DNA from: an uncultured Holophagales bacterium
GTDB taxonomy: Bacteria; Acidobacteriota; Thermoanaerobaculia; Multivoradales; UBA5704
Direction: 5' to 3'
NCBI GenBank assembly: GCA_963842525.1
Contig: CAWJGT010000025.1
Location: 96,001 to 160,000, forward strand
Length of the DNA stretch: 64,000 nucleotides
Shown: positions 22,720 through 30,142 of the stretch, piece after piece
Layout: every line of letters starts with the position of its first letter
Position numbering within the stretch: the stretch's first letter is position 1
Translations under genes and position numbers: made by a program
The notes under the pieces: generated by a model
Database searches by the model: none
Told to the model about the DNA's origin: nothing
Seen by the model: only the letters and a program-made list of their open reading frames with translations

Positions 22720-22749
22720 CGACCGAGTCTAGCACCACGCCCATCGACC

Positions 22750-23655
22750 TCAGCTCGGATTCAAGCACGCGCGGGAAACGCTCTCCCTGCGGACTCCGTG
22801 CTCCAGTGCCTCCCGCAACAGCGACACGACCTCTGCGTGGCCTCCCTGCTGCGCAATCTCCAGAGGCGTAACTCCTTCGTTGCGGCCCAGAGAAGGATCG
22901 GCACCTGCTGCCAGGAGCACCTCGATCGTTTCCTTGTGCCCCTTCGCCGCGGCCCACCAGAGCGCCGTGTCACCGCTGCTGTTCCGTGCATTGACCTCGG
23001 CGCCGGCTGAAAGCAGGATCCGGACCCGGCACGCGGCGCCGAAGGCAGCAGCCCACATCATGGCCGTGCTGCCGTGGTCGTCCTTGGTGTCGACCTTGAG
23101 CCCCTTCGCCACCAGGTACGCCGCGTTCTCGGGTTTCGCATACCACAGTGCGGTCTGTCCCGAAATGTCTCGCGCATGCAGGTTCGCTCCGCGGGCCAGG
23201 AACAAGTCGAGCATCGCCTGGTCGCCACCCCTGGCAGCGCACATGAGCGGGGTCATCTTGCTGCCAACACGGGCATTCACGTTGGCACCTGCCGCGACCA
23301 GATAACGGACGACCTCGCCATGGCCGTGGAGCGCGGCCACGGCGAGAGGCGTCTTACCGTCCGCGCTGAAATAGAACTTCCGCTCCCGCCGCTGGTCGAT
23401 CCTGGCCCCCGCGGCGAGCACCGCCTTGACGGAGTCCAGATCGCCCTGGCTGGCGGCAACGGTCAGAGGAGTGTCCCCTTCGAGGTCGCGAGCATTCGGG
23501 TTATGCCCCTTCCGAAGGAGCCGCTGGAGCTCCGCGACATCCTTTTTCCCGATGGCTTCTCGGAGCTGGAGGTGCTCGACATTCACCGAGACGCAGGAGG
23601 TCAGCAGGACCAGGCCTTGGATGAGGACGACCAAGAAGAGGATGCGATGTCGCAT
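22750..23655 (-). CDS. Ankyrin-repeat lipoprotein
   Basis: LLTSC lipobox and multiple G-TPL..AA..G repeats. Confidence 0.85.
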   Translation of the reverse strand: MRHRILFLVVLIQGLVLLTSCVSVNVEHLQLREAIGKKDVAELQRLLRKGHNPNARDLEGDTPLTVAASQGDLDSVKAVLAAGARIDQRRERKFYFSADGKTPLAVAALHGHGEVVRYLVAAGANVNARVGSKMTPLMCAARGGDQAMLDLFLARGANLHARDISGQTALWYAKPENAAYLVAKGLKVDTKDDHGSTAMMWAAAFGAACRVRILLSAGAEVNARNSSGDTALWWAAAKGHKETIEVLLAAGADPSLGRNEGVTPLEIAQQGGHAEVVSLLREALEHGVRRESVSRACLNPS

Positions 23656-23844
23656 GGGAAGCACCTCCAATCTTTGCCCGGGAGCGGGTCGGCACCGTGA
23701 AGGAGCGAGAGGCATGCCATGGGAGGCAGCGATCCGCAAACCTCTGCACATCTTTGCTTTAGGCCGGAAACGCCTGACTTTGCGTCACGGCGCTGAAGGA
23801 CTGCCGGACACATTCTGTGTAGGCCGGGTGTACACGGCATGCAG

Positions 23845-23879
23845 GACCCGAAGCGGGTGGTGACCGTTGATGAGGCGGT
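23845..23879 (+). repeat. Diverged duplicate of a pyrF 3' segment (21365-21399)
   Basis: 30/35 identity with an exact 18-bp core GAAGCGGGTGGTGACCGT. Encodes DPKRVVTVDEAV versus DQKRVVTVEEAI. Confidence 0.8.
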
Positions 23880-23924
23880 GGCGCAGGCGGCGGAGCGCGG
23901 GCGGTCCGGCCCGATCTCGCGGCT

Positions 23925-24086
23925 TCCACCTGTCCACGATGGACAGTCGGTCCCGGTCTCCTGCTGTCCACCGGTCCGCGGTGGACAGTCACTGCCGGTT
24001 CCGGCGCCGCCACCAGTCCGGGTCGGACAGTTCATCCTGAGCGATGGACGGTTGCAGCCTCAGGAGGGACTGTCCGACCTGCACCG
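23925..24086. repeat. Left part of a degenerate 21-bp-period repeat array
   Basis: GGACRG at 23941, 23983, 24025 and 24046 (multiples of 21 apart), followed by CTGTCCGACC at 24070. Confidence 0.65.
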
Positions 24087-24255
24087 GGTCGTGTCCTAAT
24101 TCGATGTGGGTGCCCCAGGCATAGGGGGTGGGGGTATCGAACTACTATACCTTCCCTCTCCAGGAGGAATTTACCTCTCCGCTGACAATCTGGTAGCGGC
24201 CCGACAGGGTGTCGTTAGCACCCCGCCGGACCTACCCGAGCAAGGGAGTTACCCC

Positions 24256-24600
24256 ATGCCCGAGCAGTCTGATTCTACCCCTCCGCCCGTCCCCGAGCAC
24301 ACCGCCGAGGAGATCGCAGCGCAGATGGTCGTCAAGTGCTGCGGCTCCTTCCTCAAGACCGCCCGGCTCTGTCTCCAGGCATTGGAGGAGGAGCTGGCCT
24401 ACCCTGCCGACAGTGAAGCCATGGGAGAGTGCCGCGTCCCGCAGTCCGTTGTCTTCGCCCTTCGTGGCACTCTGGAGTGCATCCGCGTTGACGACCTGGA
24501 GCCAGCGATCCTCGCACTCGAAGAGGCAGCCGACCTCACCCCCGAGGATCTGTACGCAGAGTGGCGACGTCGGCAGGCGGAGAAAGGGGAGGAGGTCTAA
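24256..24600 (+). CDS. Hypothetical acidic helical protein (transposon cargo)
   Basis: GGGAG RBS, preceded by a leader hairpin at 24198-24232; 114 aa. Confidence 0.65.
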   Translation: MPEQSDSTPPPVPEHTAEEIAAQMVVKCCGSFLKTARLCLQALEEELAYPADSEAMGECRVPQSVVFALRGTLECIRVDDLEPAILALEEAADLTPEDLYAEWRRRQAEKGEEV

Positions 24601-24601
24601 C

Positions 24602-24899
24602 ATGGCGTGGTACCACGAGGACCGCCGCAAGCTTCTCGCTCCCGTGGGTGAGTACCGCCCGCAGAAAGTAGCCGTCACCATCCATGACACCTTCGACCAG
24701 CGCCGGCTCGACGAAGCGGCACGGCAAGCTCTGGGGAACGGTACCCCGCTTGCGAAGTTCCTCCTTTACTGCGCTGACCACGTCATCCGTCACCATCCCA
24801 AACTCAAAGAGACGTTCCGCGAATTCGAGCGGGAGCGGCGGGAAGCTCCAGGCGAAACGGAAGGCCGAAGAGGCGGAGATACCCAACCGATGGGCATGA
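24602..24899 (+). CDS. Small RHH-like protein (probable 1-nt frameshift near 24843)
   Basis: GGAGG RBS. VAVTI strand, helix, G-TPLAKFLL helix. The alternative frame ends KLQAKRKAEEAEIPNRWA* with an ATGA overlap onto the next gene. Confidence 0.5.
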
Positions 24900-25348
24900 A
24901 GACGGCCTCCTTCACTGTCAGAGCCGACGTCCGGCAATCGGCGCGCTGGAAGATGGCGGCCGAGTCCGAGGGTTTCGCTTCGGTCGGGGCATGGGCCGCA
25001 GGAGCCCTAGACGCCTATCTGGAGCACCGCAGAACCGCCGGCCGTCCTCTCCCCCTGGCTTGGCACCTTGGGCGCTTCCGCGTGCGCCTGGAAGATGGCA
25101 CGGAGCCGGAGCTGCGGGGGTGGCTCTCCAGGCCGTTCGGGATCTTCCACGGCTCGTCCGCAGGGCCGATCCCGACCGGCTCCACGCACACCTACTCCCT
25201 TGTGTTCCTGCCGGAGCGCAAGCTGCTCGCGACGTTCCGCTATGCCCGTCACTGCCGCAGTCTTGCCGGCGAGCTGGCACCTCTTCTCCTGCGGGATGAA
25301 CAGGCGGCGGCGGCTGTCACGGCGCGGCACGTCAGGGAAGCCACGTAA
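24896..25348 (+). CDS. Protein with N-terminal RHH-like domain and unknown C-terminal domain
   Basis: FTVRADVRQSARWKMAAESEGFASVGAWAAGALDAYL fits a strand-helix-helix pattern. Confidence 0.55.
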   Translation: MKTASFTVRADVRQSARWKMAAESEGFASVGAWAAGALDAYLEHRRTAGRPLPLAWHLGRFRVRLEDGTEPELRGWLSRPFGIFHGSSAGPIPTGSTHTYSLVFLPERKLLATFRYARHCRSLAGELAPLLLRDEQAAAAVTARHVREAT

Positions 25349-25356
25349 AGGACCCG

Positions 25357-25390
25357 GGGGCCGGCTTCCTAGAGGGGGCCGGCCCCTTTT
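25357..25390 (+). terminator. Rho-independent terminator
   Basis: GGGGCCGGCTTCCT/AGGGGGCCGGCCCC stem followed by TTTT. Confidence 0.75.
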
Positions 25391-25400
25391 GTCGCACCAA

Positions 25401-25430
25401 TTGACAAGCAGGGGCAAATTGCCCCATGAT
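25401..25430 (+). promoter_or_regulatory. Promoter with palindromic operator in the spacer
   Basis: TTGACA-18 nt-CATGAT. GGGGCAAATTGCCCC palindrome at 25411-25425. Confidence 0.55.
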
Positions 25431-25498
25431 GCGGCATTATGACCCAAGCTAGAACTTCGTCTCTACGGCGCCATCGACAAATGCTACCCTTCAACCCT

Positions 25499-25954
25499 AT
25501 GAGCCTGATCGACGACCTTAAGCCGCTACTCGATGAGCATACACAGGAAGCTCAGAAGGCAGAGAAGCGATGGAAAGAGCTGAGGGAGAAGTGGCTGGAA
25601 GTACGGCGCTCGGTCATCTTGCCGCCTCTGCAACAAGCAGTGCAGTTGATCGCTGACAATAATCCTCTGGGACTGGAAGCATCGGCGGACCTCGGGAAGG
25701 AAGACGAGGTCGCGCTCTACGTCAGGTATCAGACCGCTACGAAGGTTGAATATTTCCTGCGGTTTGATCTAGACGCGAGTTTCGAGATTGTCTGCTCATC
25801 CTCATTTGATGAGACCCACCCGCAACCGCGAATGCACGGACTTGACTCCGTAGACACCGCGGATATTGATGGTCGGATTGTGGATTTCTTCAAGCGCTTT
25901 TTGCTCCATCGCTCAGCGTATGATGGTAGAGGCATCCGCGAATTCACGCGGTAA
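25499..25954 (+). CDS. Hypothetical low-GC cargo protein
   Basis: 151-aa ORF with an N-terminal coiled coil, convergent with the transposase. Confidence 0.6.
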   Translation: MSLIDDLKPLLDEHTQEAQKAEKRWKELREKWLEVRRSVILPPLQQAVQLIADNNPLGLEASADLGKEDEVALYVRYQTATKVEYFLRFDLDASFEIVCSSSFDETHPQPRMHGLDSVDTADIDGRIVDFFKRFLLHRSAYDGRGIREFTR

Positions 25955-26942
25955 GCAGATCCCGCACCGTCCAGGGCTTCCTTACAATCCCTGCCTTCAT
26001 CGCCGGAGTCATCCGGATAGAGGAGTGAATCCAGGTGAAGTTGTAGGCGGCGAAGTGGACCGCCAGTGCCGCCCGCAGGTTCTCCCGCTTCCGAGAGAAT
26101 GCGTTCGTCAGTCTGGTGAATCTCCGCATCTGCATTCTGATATGGAGATTGTTCCGCTCTACATGGCTAGTGCAGATCCGATGCTCATCCGGAGTCCCCT
26201 GAATCACGATCTTCTCAGAGGCTATTATGGACGGCGGGCTGTACCGCCGTTCGCTGTCGAGTCCCTCCCCTGAGTAGGTCTTGACTAATTGTGCGTAATC
26301 GACCCGGGCACCGAGATGCCGCTCGATTGCCTCGGGATATGCCGGCCATCCATCCGTCGTGAGTTGATAGGTTTCCTGCCCGTCCTTCGCCGTTGCAGCC
26401 GTGGCGAGCTTGGCGACAAAGACCGACGTATCCTCAGAGGTCCGGTGACCCATGTGGTGAGTCAGGACAAGCTTGGACTCCCGATCGTGAGCCACGAAGG
26501 TATAGGCATCGCCGAATTCCGGGTCCGTCTCGCCTTTGCGGGCCTTTGTCTTCTCCTTCATGCCCACGAAGCACCACAGCTCGTCCGCCTGGACGTCCTT
26601 CACCGGGACGGCCCGTAGGTGCTTGCCCAGGATCGCCTCGCACTTGCCGCCCGCGAGCCGCAGGAGCCGCATGATCGTGTCCCGGTGGATTCCCGTGACC
26701 CTCTCTGTGCTCCGAATCGAGGCGCCCTCTGTCAGGAGGGACACGCAGAGGACGGCCTTGTCCAGGTCGATCCGCATCCGGCCGAGGGGGCGCTCTGGGA
26801 TGAGCCCGAACGTCGCCCCGCACGTCTTGCACTTCCGGCGCGGGTTGCCGCCCTTGTCCTTGCCCCAACCGATCGTACGACCGCCGCAGGACCGGCAGGG
26901 GGTCCCTTCGAGGGTGGGCAGGGTGAGGGTTGGGGCGTCCAT
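25944..26942 (-). CDS. IS1-family DDE transposase (single ORF: Zn ribbon + HTH + DDE)
   Basis: CRSC...CKTC zinc ribbon, GASIRSTERVTGIHRDT HTH, QADELWCFV, TTDGWPAY, TSHVERNNLHIRMQMRRFTRLTNAFSRK. Confidence 0.92.
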   Translation of the reverse strand: MDAPTLTLPTLEGTPCRSCGGRTIGWGKDKGGNPRRKCKTCGATFGLIPERPLGRMRIDLDKAVLCVSLLTEGASIRSTERVTGIHRDTIMRLLRLAGGKCEAILGKHLRAVPVKDVQADELWCFVGMKEKTKARKGETDPEFGDAYTFVAHDRESKLVLTHHMGHRTSEDTSVFVAKLATAATAKDGQETYQLTTDGWPAYPEAIERHLGARVDYAQLVKTYSGEGLDSERRYSPPSIIASEKIVIQGTPDEHRICTSHVERNNLHIRMQMRRFTRLTNAFSRKRENLRAALAVHFAAYNFTWIHSSIRMTPAMKAGIVRKPWTVRDLLTA

Positions 26943-26957
26943 GTCTCTCTTGATCTC

Positions 26958-27041
26958 TACGGACATTGTACGGACACAGTACGACTATGTCAAGGGGTTT
27001 GGACCTTGAATCTTCCGGAAGTTTTCCGTACACTGTCCGTA
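26958..27041. promoter_or_regulatory. Back-to-back sigma70 promoters with twin operators
   Basis: Minus strand TTGACA-17-TACAAT (26993-26965) and plus strand TTGAAT-17-TACACT (27006-27034). Each -10 is embedded in TCCGTACA(A/C)TGTCCGTA. Confidence 0.8.
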
Positions 27042-27235
27042 TGCCTAGATCCATGCCATCCGCCAAGGACTCCCGCCTGGAGATCCGCGTCTCTGAGGAC
27101 GAGAAGGAGCAGTTTCAGAGAGCTGCCGATCAAGACGGCCGGCCCCTGTCAAACTGGATCAGGGACCGGCTCTTGAAGGCCGTACGTGTCGAGCTGGAGC
27201 CGATCGAGCCGCCCGCCGTGAAGAAGAGCCGCTAG
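27041..27235 (+). CDS. RHH (DUF1778/MobC-like) DNA-binding protein
   Basis: KDSRLEIRVSEDEKEQFQRAADQDGRPLSNWIRDRL. ATG lies 6 nt after the -10. Confidence 0.8.
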   Translation: MPRSMPSAKDSRLEIRVSEDEKEQFQRAADQDGRPLSNWIRDRLLKAVRVELEPIEPPAVKKSR

Positions 27236-27421
27236 CCGGTATCCAGGCCCGCGGGAGGGACTTCAGGTTCAGGCCCCAGATGAATCGATGTCGGGGTACA
27301 GATCCGCCGTAGAAGTGTGCCATAGGCATCTCCGGTCTTGACTCGGAGGAAGCCATGGCTTAGGATGGCAGACGGACAGAGCTGCATCCTTGAAGCCATT
27401 TGGCTTCTCGGGTCGGTTCAG

Positions 27422-27491
27422 TGGAGCGGAAGGGAATCGAACCCTCGGTCAGGGGGTCTCAAGCCACGACCGTGGACCATCCACCCGCCCC
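27422..27491 (-). ncRNA. tRNA-like element (atypical)
   Basis: Acceptor stem GGGGCGG/CCGCTCC+A, T-arm GAGGG-TTCGATT-CCCTT, minimal D-arm GGA-TGG-TCC, long imperfect arm with a CTTGAGA loop, no CCA. Confidence 0.55.
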
Positions 27492-27507
27492 GTGTTTCAC
27501 CTAGAGA

Positions 27508-27536
27508 GCCCCGCTCCGGCGGGGTTTTCGCTTTTT
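27508..27536 (+). terminator. Rho-independent terminator
   Basis: CCCCGC-TCCG-GCGGGG followed by TTTTCGCTTTTT. Confidence 0.75.
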
Positions 27537-27674
27537 AGTCCTCCGTGGCGCCCTCCTTCGGAAGAAGTTGTAGCTTGATCTGGCGCCACAAGTCAAGCCA
27601 GAAATGAGCCAATCAGGAGAAAAGATCTGCGGTACTGACTCAGGACGTACTGAGTACGTACTCTAGGCAGGGAA

Positions 27675-28277
27675 TCAGCGGTAAGAGATGGACGGGAGAC
27701 CGATAAGCTTCTGGTGTGGCGATGGCAGGCGAACTGTCAACCTGAGCTTCAGTCCGGGGCGGTTCAGGATCGGCTTATTGTCTGCGGTTACTGCTACGAA
27801 GAAAAAGTAGCATCTTTGCTCGGAACGCGCCGGAATCGTGTACTGTCCTTCCGGGAAGTGTAAATAGTCGGCCACCCGGCCCATGGGATCAATAGCCATC
27901 CTTGGCCCGACCGTGACCGGGATGATTTTCGTCCGGCGCCACCGCGCAACATGAACCAGAGCCGGATCGGTCGGGCGTACCGTTACCGCGTTGTCCGTGT
28001 CGTTGTGTACGGCTATCAGCAGGGTGAGGTATAGGCCGTTCGGCTCGTGTCGGTCCTCTTGCCTGAACTCTGCTTGGGTGACTTGGGCATTGAAGGTCAC
28101 ACGGCCCGCTCCCGTCTTTTTTCGGCGAAGGTCAGGCCAGAATCCCCACAACAGGCATGCCGCGACACCTACCAGGGAGACCGCCGCTTTGACCAGATCT
28201 TCGGTCACGGCGTACACCGTTGCCACGGCCGTACAGGCGAGCCCAACGGCGGTAAGACGCCGAGTCTGAAGATCCAC
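27675..28277 (-). CDS. Hypothetical membrane-anchored cargo protein
   Basis: Two N-terminal TM segments followed by a beta-rich domain. TATACT lies 6 nt before the GTG. Confidence 0.65.
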   Translation of the reverse strand: MDLQTRRLTAVGLACTAVATVYAVTEDLVKAAVSLVGVAACLLWGFWPDLRRKKTGAGRVTFNAQVTQAEFRQEDRHEPNGLYLTLLIAVHNDTDNAVTVRPTDPALVHVARWRRTKIIPVTVGPRMAIDPMGRVADYLHFPEGQYTIPARSEQRCYFFFVAVTADNKPILNRPGLKLRLTVRLPSPHQKLIGLPSISYR

Positions 28278-28356
28278 GGGAGGAGTATAATTAGAGGGCG
28301 GTTCCAGCTCTTCAACTTACGCCTCTGTACCACCTACATCGAATTAGGACACGACC

Positions 28357-28590
28357 CTGCACCGCGATCTGTCCGTCCTGCGCTGGAAACCGTCCGACCC
28401 GCGGAAGAGACTGTCCGACCTGCGCTGGAACAGTCCGTCCCACGGAAGAGACTGTCCGACCTGCTGCGTCAACCGTCCGACCCGCACGGCGAACTGTCCG
28501 ACCTGCAGGAGAAACCGTCCGTTCCGCAGGTCCAACTGTCCATGGACCACAGCCGTTCGCGCCAGGATCGGGGCCGACTGTCCGGTGCGG
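28357..28590 (+). repeat. Right part of the 21-bp-period repeat array
   Basis: About 9-10 units beginning C(T/C)GTCCG(A/T)CC, e.g. CTGTCCGACCTGCAGGAGAAA. Confidence 0.8.
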
Positions 28591-28653
28591 CAGTCCCTCC
28601 TACGGAGGATCCGCGGCAGGCACCGCAGGTATTTCGACCTCTGCGGTCGCTCC

Positions 28654-29316
28654 TTACGGATCACTCCAGAGCCGCGTCCAGAGCTCCGGACCCAGATCGC
28701 CCAAACCGTCCACCACGGCGTCGGCCAGCGCGAAGCGCGGATCTTCGCACAAAGCAGGCTCCGGGATCGCGATGCACTTCATCCTGGCCGCCTTGGCCGA
28801 CAGCAGGCCATTGGGCGAGTCCTCGACGGCAGCGCACCGGCCAGGCTCTACACCAAGCTTCCGGGCCGTCGTCAGGTAGACGGCAGGATCCGGCTTCCCC
28901 CGCTCCTCCTCCTCGGCCGAGTGGACCACCTCGAAAACGGACTCCAGGCTGAAGGTGTCGAGGACGGTTCGGATGACCACATAGGGCGATGACGAGGCGA
29001 TCGCCACCCGCAGGCCGCTGCCCCGCGCGAACCCGAGGGCCTCCTCCACGCCAGGCTTGAGGCACCCACGCCGGCGTACTAGCTCGATAAGCCGATCGAG
29101 GATCGAAGTGATCAGCTCCGCACGGACCGGCGCGAGCCCGGGATGCCGCGCGCACCAGAAGTCCACCGTCGCATCGACGCGCAGCCCGGTCGTCAGCAGG
29201 CAGTCGTCCGGCCCCAGCCGCAGCCCCGCCTCGCCGAAAGCAGCCATCTCGGCCTCCTGCCAGAGCGGCTCGGAGTCGATGAGGACTCCGTCCATGTCGA
29301 AGATCAGCGCCCGCAT
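28654..29316 (-). CDS. HAD-family sugar/hexitol phosphatase (YniC/HxpB-like)
   Basis: IFDMDGVLIDSEP, IASSS, GKPDPAVY, AVEDSPNG. Confidence 0.88.
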   Translation of the reverse strand: MRALIFDMDGVLIDSEPLWQEAEMAAFGEAGLRLGPDDCLLTTGLRVDATVDFWCARHPGLAPVRAELITSILDRLIELVRRRGCLKPGVEEALGFARGSGLRVAIASSSPYVVIRTVLDTFSLESVFEVVHSAEEEERGKPDPAVYLTTARKLGVEPGRCAAVEDSPNGLLSAKAARMKCIAIPEPALCEDPRFALADAVVDGLGDLGPELWTRLWSDP

Positions 29317-29329
29317 GGCGGCGCGCACC

Positions 29330-30142
29330 TTACCGCCCCTTCCAGGGTTCGCCGGGCAACCGGGTGAGCAGGGCTTCTTGAATCTGCCGCGCAGCTTCTT
29401 CCAGATTCCAGTCGACCCCTGAGGAAAGAAGAGGGGCCAAGTCCTGGGTGAAGACGGGGTCCTCGAGCTTTGCCAAGAGGTTCGACTCAAACTCAGCCCT
29501 GGAGATCCGTGTTCCGCCCCGATTTGTATATTCCAGAAAGCAATGGACAATCCTCTCCATGTTCGCTCTCTCCTGCCGGAGAGCGAGCCAGAGATCAAAA
29601 AGATCTCTGCTTTTCCTCCGCTGATAAAGAGCCCTCAGCTTGGTTCCCAGAAGCTCGTCCAGACAGAAGCTCCGAATGTTGGCGTCTCCCGAGAACCAGC
29701 GCGAGCGGACCTCAAACCGGTGTTCCTCCATATCAAAGACTGAGAAGTGTTCCCGTGAGTTGATCTCTACCTTGAGCCGCATTGGCAAGACCGGCGGCCC
29801 TTCGGATTGCATCCTGTACGTCAATGCGACCCGCCCTTCTCCAAAGCTCCGCTTGGGAAACCCCAACCAGGGATCGAGCGCTCCACGGATCGCGGTCAAA
29901 ACGGGACCGATCGGCTCTGGCCGTACCTGCACGAGGTCGATGTCTTCCGAATATCGAAACCCTGGTCGGAGGTGCAGTTTGTAGATTGCAGTCCCGCCGC
30001 GGAAGACCAGGGCATCGGCAATCTCCGGCCGGCTGAACATCTCGACGAGCGCGCGACAAATGATCAGGTCCTGTTCGACCTGAATGTCCCGGATCCAAGG
30101 CGCGTGTTGGCGCCACTCGGTGATGAAAGCAGCGGGGATCAG
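29330..30142 (-). CDS. AbiEii nucleotidyltransferase toxin (type IV TA), probable CTG start
   Basis: QVEQDLII, VFRGGTAIYK, RYSEDIDL, KLRALYQRRKSRDLFDL. The frame is open to a CTG overlapping the abiEi stop. Confidence 0.88.
   Translation of the reverse strand: MIPAAFITEWRQHAPWIRDIQVEQDLIICRALVEMFSRPEIADALVFRGGTAIYKLHLRPGFRYSEDIDLVQVRPEPIGPVLTAIRGALDPWLGFPKRSFGEGRVALTYRMQSEGPPVLPMRLKVEINSREHFSVFDMEEHRFEVRSRWFSGDANIRSFCLDELLGTKLRALYQRRKSRDLFDLWLALRQERANMERIVHCFLEYTNRGGTRISRAEFESNLLAKLEDPVFTQDLAPLLSSGVDWNLEEAARQIQEALLTRLPGEPWKGR

Larger units (their letters stand above)
24087..28356. mobile_element. IS1-family cargo-carrying transposon, 4270 bp
   Basis: TIRs GGTCGTGTCCTAATTCGATGT(G/A)GGTG at 24087-24112 and 28331-28356 (25/26 identical). 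8-bp direct repeat CTGCACCG at 24079-24086 and 28357-28364. Internal IS1-type transposase. Confidence 0.93.

Noticed and set aside
27422-27491. Functional tRNA-Ser(TGA)
   Set aside because: It lacks the Ser long variable arm, a normal D-loop, a clean 5-bp anticodon stem and CCA. Kept only as a tRNA-like element.
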